Shown one piece after another: positions 20,388 through 30,218 of a stretch of 64,000 bases of DNA. Below the pieces are notes generated by a model. That model searched no databases, had not been told where the DNA came from, and worked only from the letters and a program-made list of their open reading frames with translations. This DNA is from an uncultured Ignavibacteriota bacterium (GTDB taxonomy: Bacteria > Bacteroidota > Ignavibacteria > UBA10030 > UBA8401): the NCBI GenBank assembly GCA_903861125.1, contig CAIOTF010000038.1, forward strand, positions 78,060-142,059, given 5' to 3'. Position 1 is the first letter of the stretch, and each line of letters opens with the position of its first letter. Position numbers and translations under genes: made by a program.

Positions 20388-20503
20388 AAATTATACTGTT
20401 TGTAAAATTTTTGAGCCGGATAATTTAAAACAAAACTGCGTCGTAAAGTGCAATTGAGCCCCCTGCGACGCAGTTAATACTTGAGAGAAAAAAAGCAATG
20501 TGC

Positions 20504-21193
20504 TTATCCTCGGAGCTCGTCCAAATATCTTTCCGCATCCCTCGCTGCTGCCGAACTCGAATGTTCTTTCTTGATTAACTTATACAGTTCAATTGCTTGC
20601 TCTTTGTTGCCGGCTTGTGCATAGTTCCGAGCGGCATTCGACAAATATTCAGCCGTGTTCGGATCGTTCGTGTTCGATTTTCCGGCTTTCTCAAAATACT
20701 TCGCAGCATCGGCATGATTCATTTTTGCTTCATAACATGCCGCAATTCCTGCGATACGCGATGCTTCCAGAATCGGAGCATCCAAACTGGCACCTTCATA
20801 GGCAGCCATTGCTTTATCGTACTCACCGGAATTGAAATAACTGTTTGCAAGATAAAACTGTGCAATGTTACCGTATTGCGTTGAGCCGTAATCGTTCACA
20901 ATTGCCTGTAGCCCACGAACATTTTTTTCGGGTACGCCGCTGATCGCAAGTTGGTATTGTCCGTTATCATAGAAGGAAAATACCTTTGCGAACTCGTTCG
21001 CCGCTTTTTCGTTGTTCGTTCTGTTATTGTTAATGTAGAACCAACCACCGGCGACAAGAACCGCAATTGCTATGCCAACATTGGCAAGAATTTTCTTATT
21101 TGTTTCGTACCATGAAACCGCGTTATCATACGTAGTTATAAGGTCGTCTTGTTTCTTTACTCGTGTTGCGAGCGCTTTTTGCTTTTTTAACAT
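20504..21193 (-). CDS. Membrane-anchored TPR-like protein (YfgM/UPF0070-like architecture).
   Basis: A single N-terminal TM (ILANVGIAIAVLVAGGWFYI) followed by TPR-like helical repeats. 229 aa. Confidence 0.55.
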   Translation of the reverse strand: MLKKQKALATRVKKQDDLITTYDNAVSWYETNKKILANVGIAIAVLVAGGWFYINNNRTNNEKAANEFAKVFSFYDNGQYQLAISGVPEKNVRGLQAIVNDYGSTQYGNIAQFYLANSYFNSGEYDKAMAAYEGASLDAPILEASRIAGIAACYEAKMNHADAAKYFEKAGKSNTNDPNTAEYLSNAARNYAQAGNKEQAIELYKLIKKEHSSSAAARDAERYLDELRG

Positions 21194-21273
21194 CGTCTCT
21201 TCAAATCAAAAGTGAAAAAATGTGAATTATTTGTCCTAAATATACGAAAGTTGTTTGCTTTCAGCAAGAACTC

Positions 21274-21834
21274 TTATGCACGTTCATCAATAAAATCGTG
21301 TTCTTCCGACCGCACGACTAAGACCGGACACGGCGCTTTTCGGATAATTTTCTCTGCAGTGCTGCCGAAAAGGATATGCTCAACACCGGTCCGCCCGTGT
21401 GTGGCCACGATGATCATATCCACCTCTTCCTGTTTCGCATACGTTGTGATCTCAACGAACGGGATCCCCGAACCGACAAGCGTTTGTGTCTTCAATGATG
21501 CCGGGACAACCGAATCGATCAATTCCGACATTTCAGCAACTGCCTTTTGATGCAATTCTTTTTCCACATCCGGAAAACCCACTTGTCCGAATCCAAAATC
21601 GGATGGATAGATTGTCGGTTCAACAATATACACCAAGATCAACGAAGCATTGAACTGCTGAGCAAACGGAATTGCATACCGCAAAGCTTTTTTCGAGTTG
21701 TCAGAAAAATCAATCGGGACAAGAATCTTCTTGAGTCCGATCACCGGCGCCTGTTTTTTTAATTTCTTTTTCGGAACAGCGCGTGGTGCTGAATTATTTT
21801 TTTGCTGCTTTCTTTTTGGAGTTGACTTTTTCAT
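21274..21834 (-). CDS. Universal stress protein (UspA family).
   Basis: A Usp domain with ATHGRTG...VLVVR ATP-binding motifs after a Lys-rich N-terminal tail. The listed start overlaps the upstream gene by 41 nt, so the true start may lie downstream. Confidence 0.75.
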   Translation of the reverse strand: MKKSTPKRKQQKNNSAPRAVPKKKLKKQAPVIGLKKILVPIDFSDNSKKALRYAIPFAQQFNASLILVYIVEPTIYPSDFGFGQVGFPDVEKELHQKAVAEMSELIDSVVPASLKTQTLVGSGIPFVEITTYAKQEEVDMIIVATHGRTGVEHILFGSTAEKIIRKAPCPVLVVRSEEHDFIDERA

Positions 21835-22420
21835 TGCTCGCCTCCTTTTGTTGTTTTAGTTGTTCGAGTTCCGTTCCGAGTTTCGAGAACTCGTTATTCA
21901 TATTCCGCAGACGTTCACCAATCATTTCTGCCAGTTTCACAACTATCTTTAGACCAGTCTTCGGGGTCTTTTCAATAATCTCAAAAAGATCAGGACGAAA
22001 AAATCCGATCAGTTCGGAATCCACTTTTACCACAACCGATGCAGAACGGGGAGATTCATCGAGAAGCGCGATCTCGCCAAAAAAATCTCCGTTGTTCATT
22101 TCGGTGACCTCTTTCTGCACACCATCATCGCCGGCAACAACAATTCCCACTTTCCCTTTCTCAACCACATACATGCCGAGTCCGGGATCTCCTTGATAGA
22201 ATACGAACTCACCTGCGACATACTGCCTGCGGTGAACGATCGAAGCTACCTGCCGAAGTTCTTTCGGTTCCAGTTTTTCAAAGACAGGAATCTTCGAAAG
22301 CATTTCTTCCACGGAAGCCGGTTTTATCTTTGACCGGAATACTTCTTTGAATGCGAAATCTTTTCCCATACATATCTCTTTATGAACAATAGACAATGTC
22401 CGGCGTACAATAGCCGGCAT
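21794..22420 (-). CDS. Cyclic nucleotide-binding domain protein.
   Basis: cNMP-binding fold (FGEIALL...PRSASVV) plus a C-terminal coiled-coil/Lys-rich tail. Confidence 0.75.
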   Translation of the reverse strand: MPAIVRRTLSIVHKEICMGKDFAFKEVFRSKIKPASVEEMLSKIPVFEKLEPKELRQVASIVHRRQYVAGEFVFYQGDPGLGMYVVEKGKVGIVVAGDDGVQKEVTEMNNGDFFGEIALLDESPRSASVVVKVDSELIGFFRPDLFEIIEKTPKTGLKIVVKLAEMIGERLRNMNNEFSKLGTELEQLKQQKEASNEKVNSKKKAAKK

Positions 22421-22428
22421 TTAATGCA

Positions 22429-23346
22429 TCAAATAAAATCCAACCAACCGTGCGGATCGTTCCCGCCTTCAATGACATCGAAAAACCGTTTTTGCAATTC
22501 CCGTGTTATCGGTCCCGGTTTTCCGTTGCCGACCGGGATCCTGTCAATAGAACGTATCGGGGAGATCTCCGCAGCTGTTCCCGTAAAAAATACCTCGTCC
22601 GCAACGTACACCATTTCTCGCGGAAGACTCGATTCAATAACCTGCATCCCGGCATCCTTGGCAAGTTGAATCACGGATGCACGTGTTATGCCGGGCAGGA
22701 TGGCATTCACGAATTGCGGTGTATAGATCACGCCGTTACGGATGACGAAAATATTTTCGCCGCTCCCTTCCGAAATATGACCGTTCATGTCGAGCGCAAT
22801 CCCTTCCTCATATCCGTCGACACGAGCTTCCATTTTCATCAGCTGTGAGTTCAAATAATTTCCACCGGCTTTCGCCATAGTGGGAAAGGTATTGCCGGCA
22901 GCACGCTGCCATGATGCGAAACGCACATCGATCCCTTTTTCCAATGCTTCCGGACCGAGATATTTACCCCACTCCCAAACGGCGATCGTCAGATCGACCG
23001 GACAGCCCATGGGATACACACCGACATCACCATATCCGCGATAGGCAATAGGACGGATATAGCACGATTTTAATTTGTTTGCTTTGATCGTTTCTTTATC
23101 TGCCTGCATCACTTGATCTATTGTATATGGAATTTCTGCGCGGTATAGCTTTGCGGAATCGAATAAGCGGGCAATATGCTCTTTATGTCGGAAGATCGCC
23201 GAGCCTTTTTTTGTTTCGTAACAGCGGATACCTTCGAACCATGAACTTCCATAGTGGATCACATGCGATAGGACGTGAATCTTCGCATCGTTCCAATCAA
23301 TAAGTTTTCCATTCATCCAGATTTTTTCAACAGGTTTAACGGCCAT
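22429..23346 (-). CDS. ilvE: Branched-chain amino acid aminotransferase (PLP fold type IV).
   Basis: 305 aa with conserved N-terminal WMNGKLI..A and EGIRCY, and a fold-IV core. Confidence 0.88.
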   Translation of the reverse strand: MAVKPVEKIWMNGKLIDWNDAKIHVLSHVIHYGSSWFEGIRCYETKKGSAIFRHKEHIARLFDSAKLYRAEIPYTIDQVMQADKETIKANKLKSCYIRPIAYRGYGDVGVYPMGCPVDLTIAVWEWGKYLGPEALEKGIDVRFASWQRAAGNTFPTMAKAGGNYLNSQLMKMEARVDGYEEGIALDMNGHISEGSGENIFVIRNGVIYTPQFVNAILPGITRASVIQLAKDAGMQVIESSLPREMVYVADEVFFTGTAAEISPIRSIDRIPVGNGKPGPITRELQKRFFDVIEGGNDPHGWLDFI

Positions 23347-23422
23347 AGTTTCCCCTCAAAAAATAAAAATTTTCAATACTATCGTGTTTATAAAATACGA
23401 ATTACTTGCTTTGCAGTCACTA

Positions 23423-24541
23423 TTAAATTTCCTGCTGATAGATCCTGTATTTTTTGTAAATTTTCCCCAACATCGCTTCCGCAGCACGATTCATCATCAC
23501 ATTGTCTTCCAATATCCAGCTTGCTTCACCATACCGATAGCCGAGTTTTTTTGCGCGCACCGCGGTTTCATAGAATAACACGCCGGCCGCACCTGTTTTT
23601 TGATACTCCGGAAGAACACCAAGAACAATAACCCTAACGAGATCGATTTTTTTCTTAAACACAAGAAGCCGGAGCAGTCCGCCGATCAATCCCCCGTTTC
23701 GATTATCTTTCAGCCGCACATTGATGTCGGGAAGCGAGAGGCCGAAGCCGACCATTTTTCCTTTTGATTCTGCGATCAGCACCAGTTCGGGTTCAACGAC
23801 CATCTTCAGATCGTTCGCCAATGCGTCAAATTCCTCGTCGGTCATCGCCACGGCGCCCCAATTATAATGCCATGCACCGTTATACACATCTTTGATTCGT
23901 CTCACTTCGTTCGCAAAGTCTTTCATGTTAATAGTACGGAACGTGAGACTGTTGCGCTGTTTCACGATTTCGTTTGCACGGTTGAACTTGTCTGTATATA
24001 CAGTGTGCTGATCGAGGATGTATGCGTAGAGGTCTTTCTCTTTTTTCAAACCGTAATTTTGGATGAGCGTACCGTAATATTCCGGATTGTAGGTCATTAA
24101 CACTACCGGCGGCGAATCAAATCCTTCAATAAGAAGTCCGTATTCGTCGTTCACCGAAGGGCTTGCCGGTCCGCGCATAGCGTTCATCCCTTTTGACCGG
24201 AGATATTTTTTTGCTTCATCGAACAGCGCATTGGCAACATCCTGTTCGTTTACACATTCAAAGAAACCAAAGAAACCGACCTTGTCGTTGTGCTCCCTGT
24301 TATGGTTATCGTTCACGATAGCGCCGATTCTGCCGATCACCTTTCCGTCCCGTTCGGCAAGGAATAATTCCATCAGAGAATGTTTATAGAACGGATTATT
24401 TTTTTTGTCGATCAGCTTCTCGCGGTCCATACGCAGCGGCGGCACCCAGTTCTGGTCATTTTTATAGAATGTATAGATGAAGTCAATAAATTTTTTCGTA
24501 TCTGCTTTGGTAAGTACAGGACGTACGGTAAAGTTTGCCAT
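23423..24541 (-). CDS. GNAT-fold N-acyltransferase-like protein (FemAB/bacterial ceramide synthase-like architecture).
   Basis: 372 aa. The C-terminal half carries the GNAT motif-A-like VLGVLPEYQKTGAAGVLFYE. The N-terminal half is about the right length for a second acyltransferase-like subdomain. It sits immediately downstream of the alpha-oxoamine synthase gene in the same operon. Confidence 0.5.
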   Translation of the reverse strand: MANFTVRPVLTKADTKKFIDFIYTFYKNDQNWVPPLRMDREKLIDKKNNPFYKHSLMELFLAERDGKVIGRIGAIVNDNHNREHNDKVGFFGFFECVNEQDVANALFDEAKKYLRSKGMNAMRGPASPSVNDEYGLLIEGFDSPPVVLMTYNPEYYGTLIQNYGLKKEKDLYAYILDQHTVYTDKFNRANEIVKQRNSLTFRTINMKDFANEVRRIKDVYNGAWHYNWGAVAMTDEEFDALANDLKMVVEPELVLIAESKGKMVGFGLSLPDINVRLKDNRNGGLIGGLLRLLVFKKKIDLVRVIVLGVLPEYQKTGAAGVLFYETAVRAKKLGYRYGEASWILEDNVMMNRAAEAMLGKIYKKYRIYQQEI

Positions 24542-24614
24542 AGTTTTTCCTTCAATAAAAAACCACGCGGATAAATTTCTTTATCGGCGTGGCTCAGTGG
24601 TGAGTTACATACTT

Positions 24615-25811
24615 TTAGCTGATGACGCCAAGTTTTTTCCCGATCAATGCAAAGATTTCAACGATCTTGTCGAGATGCACGTTTTGATGCGTTGCCATAT
24701 AGCTTGTTCTGAGCATTTCCATGCCGGGAGGAACACCCGGACGCACAAATGCGTTGACAAAGACACCGGCATCGAACAATTCCTTTGTGAATACGAGCGT
24801 CTTTTCCGTATCGCCGATGATCACGGAAACAATACCGGTCTCGGGTTCACCGACAACGTTAAATCCCAAAGCGCGCAGTCCTTCACGAACACGGTTTGCA
24901 TTGTTATGCAGTTGCGTCACGAGTTCAGGATGCTGTTCAATAATATCAAGTGCTGCAAGAGCCGATGCCACCGATGCCGGGGTCGGACTCGCCGAAAAGA
25001 TCAATGCCGGCGATGAATGTTTGATATAATTCACAACGGAGCGAGTGGATGCGATGAATCCGCCCAAAGAGGCAAATGATTTGCTGAATGTTCCCATTGT
25101 AATATCTACATCTTTGGTCAAACCAAATTTGCTGGCCGTTCCCCGTCCGCCGATGCCAATCACGCCCGTTGCATGAGCATCGTCGCACATGATCCGAGCA
25201 TTATATTTTCGCGCAATGGCAACGATGGACGGCATATCGACAACTTCGCCGCTGGTGCTGAATACTCCGTCGGTGACGATCAGTTTTCCCGCATCTGCCG
25301 GAAGCTTCGAGATGATCATTTCAAGATGTTTCATGTCATTGTGCCGGTAGCGGACGACTTCCGCTGTCATCCCTGTAGCCATCATGTTTGCCATAACGAT
25401 ACATGCATGATTATCTTTGTCCGACACGACATACTCGCCGCGCTGAACAAGCGACGGAATGATCGCCTGCGCTGTTTGATATCCGGTGGAGATCAGCAGC
25501 ACATCCTCGTAACCGAGAAATTTTGCAAGGCGGGATTCAAGTTCTATGTGAAGATCAATCGTTCCCGTGAGATAACGGGAACCGGAACAACCCGTTCCGT
25601 ACTTATTAATGGCATTAATCGCCGCTTCTTTTACTTTGGGATGGGCAGTCAGTCCGAGATAATTGTTCGAACCGGCCATAATGACCTTTCGTCCAGCCAT
25701 TTCAACAATCGGGCCTTCATTTGCTTCGATCGGACGGAAATAAGGATATAAACCGGCTGCCTTCACTTCATCAGCGCGGGTAAATTCAACACATTTCTGA
25801 AATAGATCCAA
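24615..25811 (-). CDS. PLP-dependent alpha-oxoamine synthase family enzyme (serine palmitoyltransferase-like or 2-amino-3-ketobutyrate CoA ligase-like).
   Basis: Class II aminotransferase/AOS fold. PLP-lysine region [14 protein letters not shown] (the FSKS form resembles Spt-type enzymes as far as I remember; KBL has GTLGKAL). The C-terminus IGKKLGVIS resembles the KBL C-terminus. Confidence 0.85.
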   Translation of the reverse strand: MDLFQKCVEFTRADEVKAAGLYPYFRPIEANEGPIVEMAGRKVIMAGSNNYLGLTAHPKVKEAAINAINKYGTGCSGSRYLTGTIDLHIELESRLAKFLGYEDVLLISTGYQTAQAIIPSLVQRGEYVVSDKDNHACIVMANMMATGMTAEVVRYRHNDMKHLEMIISKLPADAGKLIVTDGVFSTSGEVVDMPSIVAIARKYNARIMCDDAHATGVIGIGGRGTASKFGLTKDVDITMGTFSKSFASLGGFIASTRSVVNYIKHSSPALIFSASPTPASVASALAALDIIEQHPELVTQLHNNANRVREGLRALGFNVVGEPETGIVSVIIGDTEKTLVFTKELFDAGVFVNAFVRPGVPPGMEMLRTSYMATHQNVHLDKIVEIFALIGKKLGVIS

Positions 25812-25914
25812 GGGTACAACTCCTTTTTTAACTCATATATTGATATATTATGTGTGTTGAATATACCTTATCATCGTACGAAATGCAATTTCAGATTGCG
25901 GAAAACCTACTATT

Positions 25915-26907
25915 ATGACTTCAAAACCAATCGCATTCGTCACCGGCGGAACAGGATTCATCGGGAGCCATCTTATCGACCGATTACTATCAAAAGGTTA
26001 TCACGTTCGAGCTCTTGTCCGCGATCCAAAAAAACTCGGATTTTTGAAAAATCTTCCTATTGAGATCGTTGAAGGCGACCTGTTTTCAAGCGCTGCGCTC
26101 GAAAAAGCGATTGACGGTGCACAATACGTTTATCATGTAGCCGGCTTGGTGGCCGCACGGTCAAAAGAGGAATTTTTCACGGGAAACCGGGATGCAACGC
26201 GCAATATCATCGAGATCACTGCACGCGTAAATCCGAATGTGAAAAAATTCATCCACATCAGCAGCCAGACTGCCGTCGGTCCGGGAAAAGGAATGGCACC
26301 TGTAACGGAATCCACTCCTCCCAATCCATTGACCACGTATGGAAAAAGCAAACTTGCATCAGAACAGGAAGTATTGAAGTTCAAAGAGAAGGTGCCGGTG
26401 ACAATCCTCCGCGTGTCAGCCGTCTACGGTCCGCGCGACACGGCAACATTCGATTATTTCAAATCCGCATATATGGGATTGGAACTGCTAATAGGTTTTC
26501 ACGATACATACGTCAGCCTGGTGCATTCCACTGATCTTGTTACCGGAATCATTCTTGCCGGCGAGAAAGAGATCGCAAACGGCCAGATCTATTTTCTCGG
26601 AAGCGAACAATATTATACATGGAATGAGATCGGCTACGTTACAAAAAGTATCTTGAATAAAAAACTGCTCCGTGTGCGTGTTCCAAAGCCTCTCGTATTC
26701 GTTATTGCAGGTATTTCGGAGTTCGCGTCAAAATTCAAGGAGAAGCCATCCGTGCTGAATTTTGAAAAGGCATACGATCTAACGCAGGACAATTGGTGCT
26801 GCGACATTTCAAAAGCGAAGAATGAATTGGGATACAAACAGGAAGTGACACTTACCGACGGAGTAAAGGAAACAATCTCGTGGTATTTGGATCATAAGTG
26901 GATGTAA
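25915..26907 (+). CDS. NAD(P)-dependent epimerase/dehydratase-family (extended SDR) reductase.
   Basis: Rossmann motif GGTGFIGSHL and catalytic YGKSK (YxxxK). 330 aa. Divergently transcribed from the AOS gene. Confidence 0.85.
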   Translation: MTSKPIAFVTGGTGFIGSHLIDRLLSKGYHVRALVRDPKKLGFLKNLPIEIVEGDLFSSAALEKAIDGAQYVYHVAGLVAARSKEEFFTGNRDATRNIIEITARVNPNVKKFIHISSQTAVGPGKGMAPVTESTPPNPLTTYGKSKLASEQEVLKFKEKVPVTILRVSAVYGPRDTATFDYFKSAYMGLELLIGFHDTYVSLVHSTDLVTGIILAGEKEIANGQIYFLGSEQYYTWNEIGYVTKSILNKKLLRVRVPKPLVFVIAGISEFASKFKEKPSVLNFEKAYDLTQDNWCCDISKAKNELGYKQEVTLTDGVKETISWYLDHKWM

Positions 26908-26943
26908 TTCCTGCTAAGAACACTGCATGCGGAGACAGCCGCT

Positions 26944-28806
26944 TCAATGTTTCGACATTATTTCGCGTCTAATTTTTTCCGGTATCATAACACCGGCTTG
27001 CTCCGCTTTACGAAGGTAGTATTGCGCTGAATCAGTCTCCCCCGTTGATTGGAATACCTTTGCTATCCGTACATTCACTTCTTTAATCGCAGTATCTAAA
27101 CGGATCGCATTCCTATAGTCCCTCATCGCTTGTTCAAAATATTTCAACTCGACGGCGGTATTTCCCCTTTCGGCATAGGCGTTGGCATATAACGGTTCAA
27201 TACGGATTGCTGAGGAAAAATCGTTATATGCTTCAAGGAACCTCTTTTTACTATGCAAGATCGATGCCCGCTGTATGTATGATTCAGCCATCGTTGAGTC
27301 GTACAATATTGCATTTGAAAAATCTACATAGGCACTGTCATATGCGCCTTCCTGCATCCATAATAAACCTCTGTTATAGTATGCGGCAGGAAGCGTTGGC
27401 TGCAGCAAGATGACATTGGTGAAATCGATTTTTGCATTTCCTGCAATCCCTCCGATAGCGGAAAGATATCCTCTCATCATCAACGCGTCCGGATATGACG
27501 GTGCCAATGTTATTGCGCGGTCAAAATCCTTGAGTGCCCGTTGGTAGTCGTTCTGCGAAAAATAATACTGACCCCGGCTAAAATACGAGATCGGAAAATC
27601 CGGATAGTGTGCAATGGCATCATTCCACAGCATCTCGCTGTTTTTCCATATAGAGATACGATTCCAGGTGATCACGGAAAATATCAACACGAAGAAAACC
27701 GCAGCAATTTTTGTGTGCTTCAGCGTAGTATCAAAATGTGCTATCCCCTTCCCAATTATAGATATGAAGATCACTAATGATCCGGCCAATGCCAGGTACG
27801 CAAACCTATCGGCCGCGATCATACTTCCGAAAGGAACAATCTGAACGGTAGGCAGCAATGCGAAAACGAAGAACAACGCAGGTGCGGTATACGCACCGAT
27901 CTTTTTGCGGAAACGATAAGCGGCCAAACCGACGACGAGACAAACAACAGCGGCCGCGTAAAATTGTATCGGTAGAAATCCGTTCAATCGAACCGGATAC
28001 GGATAGACGGCAGATAATTGTATGGGCACGAGGGATTTAACGGCATAAAACAACATGTTGTAACTTGCAAAACAGAATTTGTCAACGACCGAAAATCGTT
28101 CTCCGTAACTCACCGTCGTCACGGTAAAATGCTCAATCAACATTACCAATGTAAAACCCGCCGAAACAATCCAATACGGAATCAGCCTCAGAACTTTTTT
28201 ATTGGTCATTTCCCTATTCACTGCTAACTGGGCGAACAGGAAGAATGGAAGAAACATACCTGTCACTTTCGCTAGCAGCGAAAAAACATACATGGACACA
28301 GAAAGAAGAAAATATTTTTCCTCCTTCTTTTCTTGGAACCGGTAATATAATATGAGCGAACCAATAAGGAATACGCCGGAGAGAACATCTTTCCGTGCAC
28401 TTATCCACGCTACCGGTTCAACATGCAGAGGGTGTATGCCAAAAAGCAGTGCGGCAAGAAAGGCAACGTGATCGTTGAACTTCCATTGTCTGACCAATGT
28501 ATAGATAAGAACGGTGGTGATAAGATGAAGGAATAAACTAACAAAATGGAAAACAAATGGGTCGAGACCGAAAAATTTGTATTCGACCGCAAAGGTTATG
28601 ATGACAAGGGGAATATAATGTCCGACATAATAGGACGAGAACATCTTCGAAATATTTTGGAACGACAGCGCTGTGATATCGTGATTGTTCAGCAGATGGA
28701 AGCTATCATCCCAATTCGTAAAGCCATTCCGAATCGTCGGGAAAAATACTGTCAGCGTTAGGATGATAATGATTGCTGCATATTTATTTTGAGTATCATT
28801 ATTCAT
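26944..28806 (-). CDS. Polytopic membrane protein with PMT/ArnT-like (GT-C-type) N-terminal domain and C-terminal TPR repeats.
   Basis: About 11 predicted TM helices in the first ~400 aa, then multiple TPR units (e.g. ALKDFDRAITLAPSYPDALMMRGY, EAYNDFSSAIRIEPLYANAYAERG). 620 aa. Confidence 0.6.
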   Translation of the reverse strand: MNNDTQNKYAAIIIILTLTVFFPTIRNGFTNWDDSFHLLNNHDITALSFQNISKMFSSYYVGHYIPLVIITFAVEYKFFGLDPFVFHFVSLFLHLITTVLIYTLVRQWKFNDHVAFLAALLFGIHPLHVEPVAWISARKDVLSGVFLIGSLILYYRFQEKKEEKYFLLSVSMYVFSLLAKVTGMFLPFFLFAQLAVNREMTNKKVLRLIPYWIVSAGFTLVMLIEHFTVTTVSYGERFSVVDKFCFASYNMLFYAVKSLVPIQLSAVYPYPVRLNGFLPIQFYAAAVVCLVVGLAAYRFRKKIGAYTAPALFFVFALLPTVQIVPFGSMIAADRFAYLALAGSLVIFISIIGKGIAHFDTTLKHTKIAAVFFVLIFSVITWNRISIWKNSEMLWNDAIAHYPDFPISYFSRGQYYFSQNDYQRALKDFDRAITLAPSYPDALMMRGYLSAIGGIAGNAKIDFTNVILLQPTLPAAYYNRGLLWMQEGAYDSAYVDFSNAILYDSTMAESYIQRASILHSKKRFLEAYNDFSSAIRIEPLYANAYAERGNTAVELKYFEQAMRDYRNAIRLDTAIKEVNVRIAKVFQSTGETDSAQYYLRKAEQAGVMIPEKIRREIMSKH

Positions 28807-28907
28807 ACGGCGGGAGAAAGTTCATTTTTCTTAGTGAATGTAACCAAAGTTTCTTCTTCATCCAAAAATTTTCATTTCTCCCCAGTTGTTCGTATTTTGT
28901 TTTCATT

Positions 28908-30218
28908 ATGTCCATCGGTATAGAACTCGTACTCATATTCCTACTTGTTGTTTTAAACGGGGTCTTTGCACTCTCCGAGATTGCCATTGTTTCCTCCCGA
29001 AAGCCGCGGCTTCAGCATCTGGCAAATAAAGGAAATCTCCGTGCAAAGGTGGCTCTCGATCTGGCCAATACACCTGATCAATTTCTCTCGACAGTGCAAG
29101 CAGGTATTACGCTGGTAGGAATTCTTGCCGGTGCGTTCGGCGGCGCTACGGTGACGGAATCTGTGACGGCATACATCATTCAATTTCCCCTGCTCTCACA
29201 ATATGCCGAACCAATCAGCCTGGCGTTGGTGGTCGTTTCCATCACGTATCTTTCTCTCATTGTCGGCGAACTTATTCCCAAACAGCTTGCATTGAAGGAT
29301 CCTGAGCGCGTTGCCTGTTTGATCGCCGTTCCGATGAAAAGCTTATCGGTGGTGATGTATCCGATCGTACGCTTCCTAACATTTTCAACAAATATCATCA
29401 TCCGGACATTCGGTATCAAAGACAATACGAATCCTTCCGTCACCGAAGAAGAGATTAAAGTGATGCTGGAAGAAGGAACAAAGGCCGGAACATTCAATGA
29501 AGTGGAACAAGAAATGGTGGAACGGGTGTTCCGGCTGGCGGACCAAAGCGTGAATGCACTAATGACGCCCCGAACCGAGATCATCTGGCTGGATACGGAG
29601 GATACGCTTGAAGAAAATTTCAAAAAGATTAAAGAGAGTTCACATTCGTTTTTCCCGGTGTGCAAAGGGGGAATAGACAACGTGCTTGGCGTTGTTCATG
29701 TGAAAGATCTCTTTTCGGCATCGCTGGCTGGAACGATGGTTTCTCTGGCTGATCATTTACGGAAACCTTTATACATCGTCGAGAATGTATTGGTCGTTCA
29801 ACTGATCGAACAGTTCAAGGAATCGGGAACGCATTTCGCATTTCTTGTGGATGAATACGGCGGGATCCAGGGATTGCTGACTTTGAATGATATTCTGAAG
29901 GCGGTGGTCGGTGAAGAGATCGATTCCGGAGACAAGACGAATCCGTACATTGTACAGAGAGCCGATGGTTCATATCTGATCGACGGAACACTGTTGCTGG
30001 ACGAGTTCAAAGAATTATTCAAGATCGATTCCATGAGCGAAGATGAAACGGGAAATTATCAGACCCTGGCCGGATTTACCATAAACCAGATGGGCAAGAT
30101 ACCAACGGCCGGCCAATTCTTCGATTGGCGTGACCTTCGGATCGAGGTCGTTGATATGGACGGTAACCGGGTTGATAAATTACTGATCAGCAAAATAATT
30201 CCGGCTGAAAAAAAATGA
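28908..30218 (+). CDS. CNNM/CorC-family hemolysin-like protein (DUF21-CBS pair-CorC_HlyC).
   Basis: DUF21 N-terminus (MSIGIELVLIFLLVVLNGVFALSEIAIVSSRK), two CBS domains and a CorC/HlyC C-terminal domain. The likely start is the Met at 28908; the track ORF starts at 28773. Confidence 0.85.
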   Translation: MSIGIELVLIFLLVVLNGVFALSEIAIVSSRKPRLQHLANKGNLRAKVALDLANTPDQFLSTVQAGITLVGILAGAFGGATVTESVTAYIIQFPLLSQYAEPISLALVVVSITYLSLIVGELIPKQLALKDPERVACLIAVPMKSLSVVMYPIVRFLTFSTNIIIRTFGIKDNTNPSVTEEEIKVMLEEGTKAGTFNEVEQEMVERVFRLADQSVNALMTPRTEIIWLDTEDTLEENFKKIKESSHSFFPVCKGGIDNVLGVVHVKDLFSASLAGTMVSLADHLRKPLYIVENVLVVQLIEQFKESGTHFAFLVDEYGGIQGLLTLNDILKAVVGEEIDSGDKTNPYIVQRADGSYLIDGTLLLDEFKELFKIDSMSEDETGNYQTLAGFTINQMGKIPTAGQFFDWRDLRIEVVDMDGNRVDKLLISKIIPAEKK

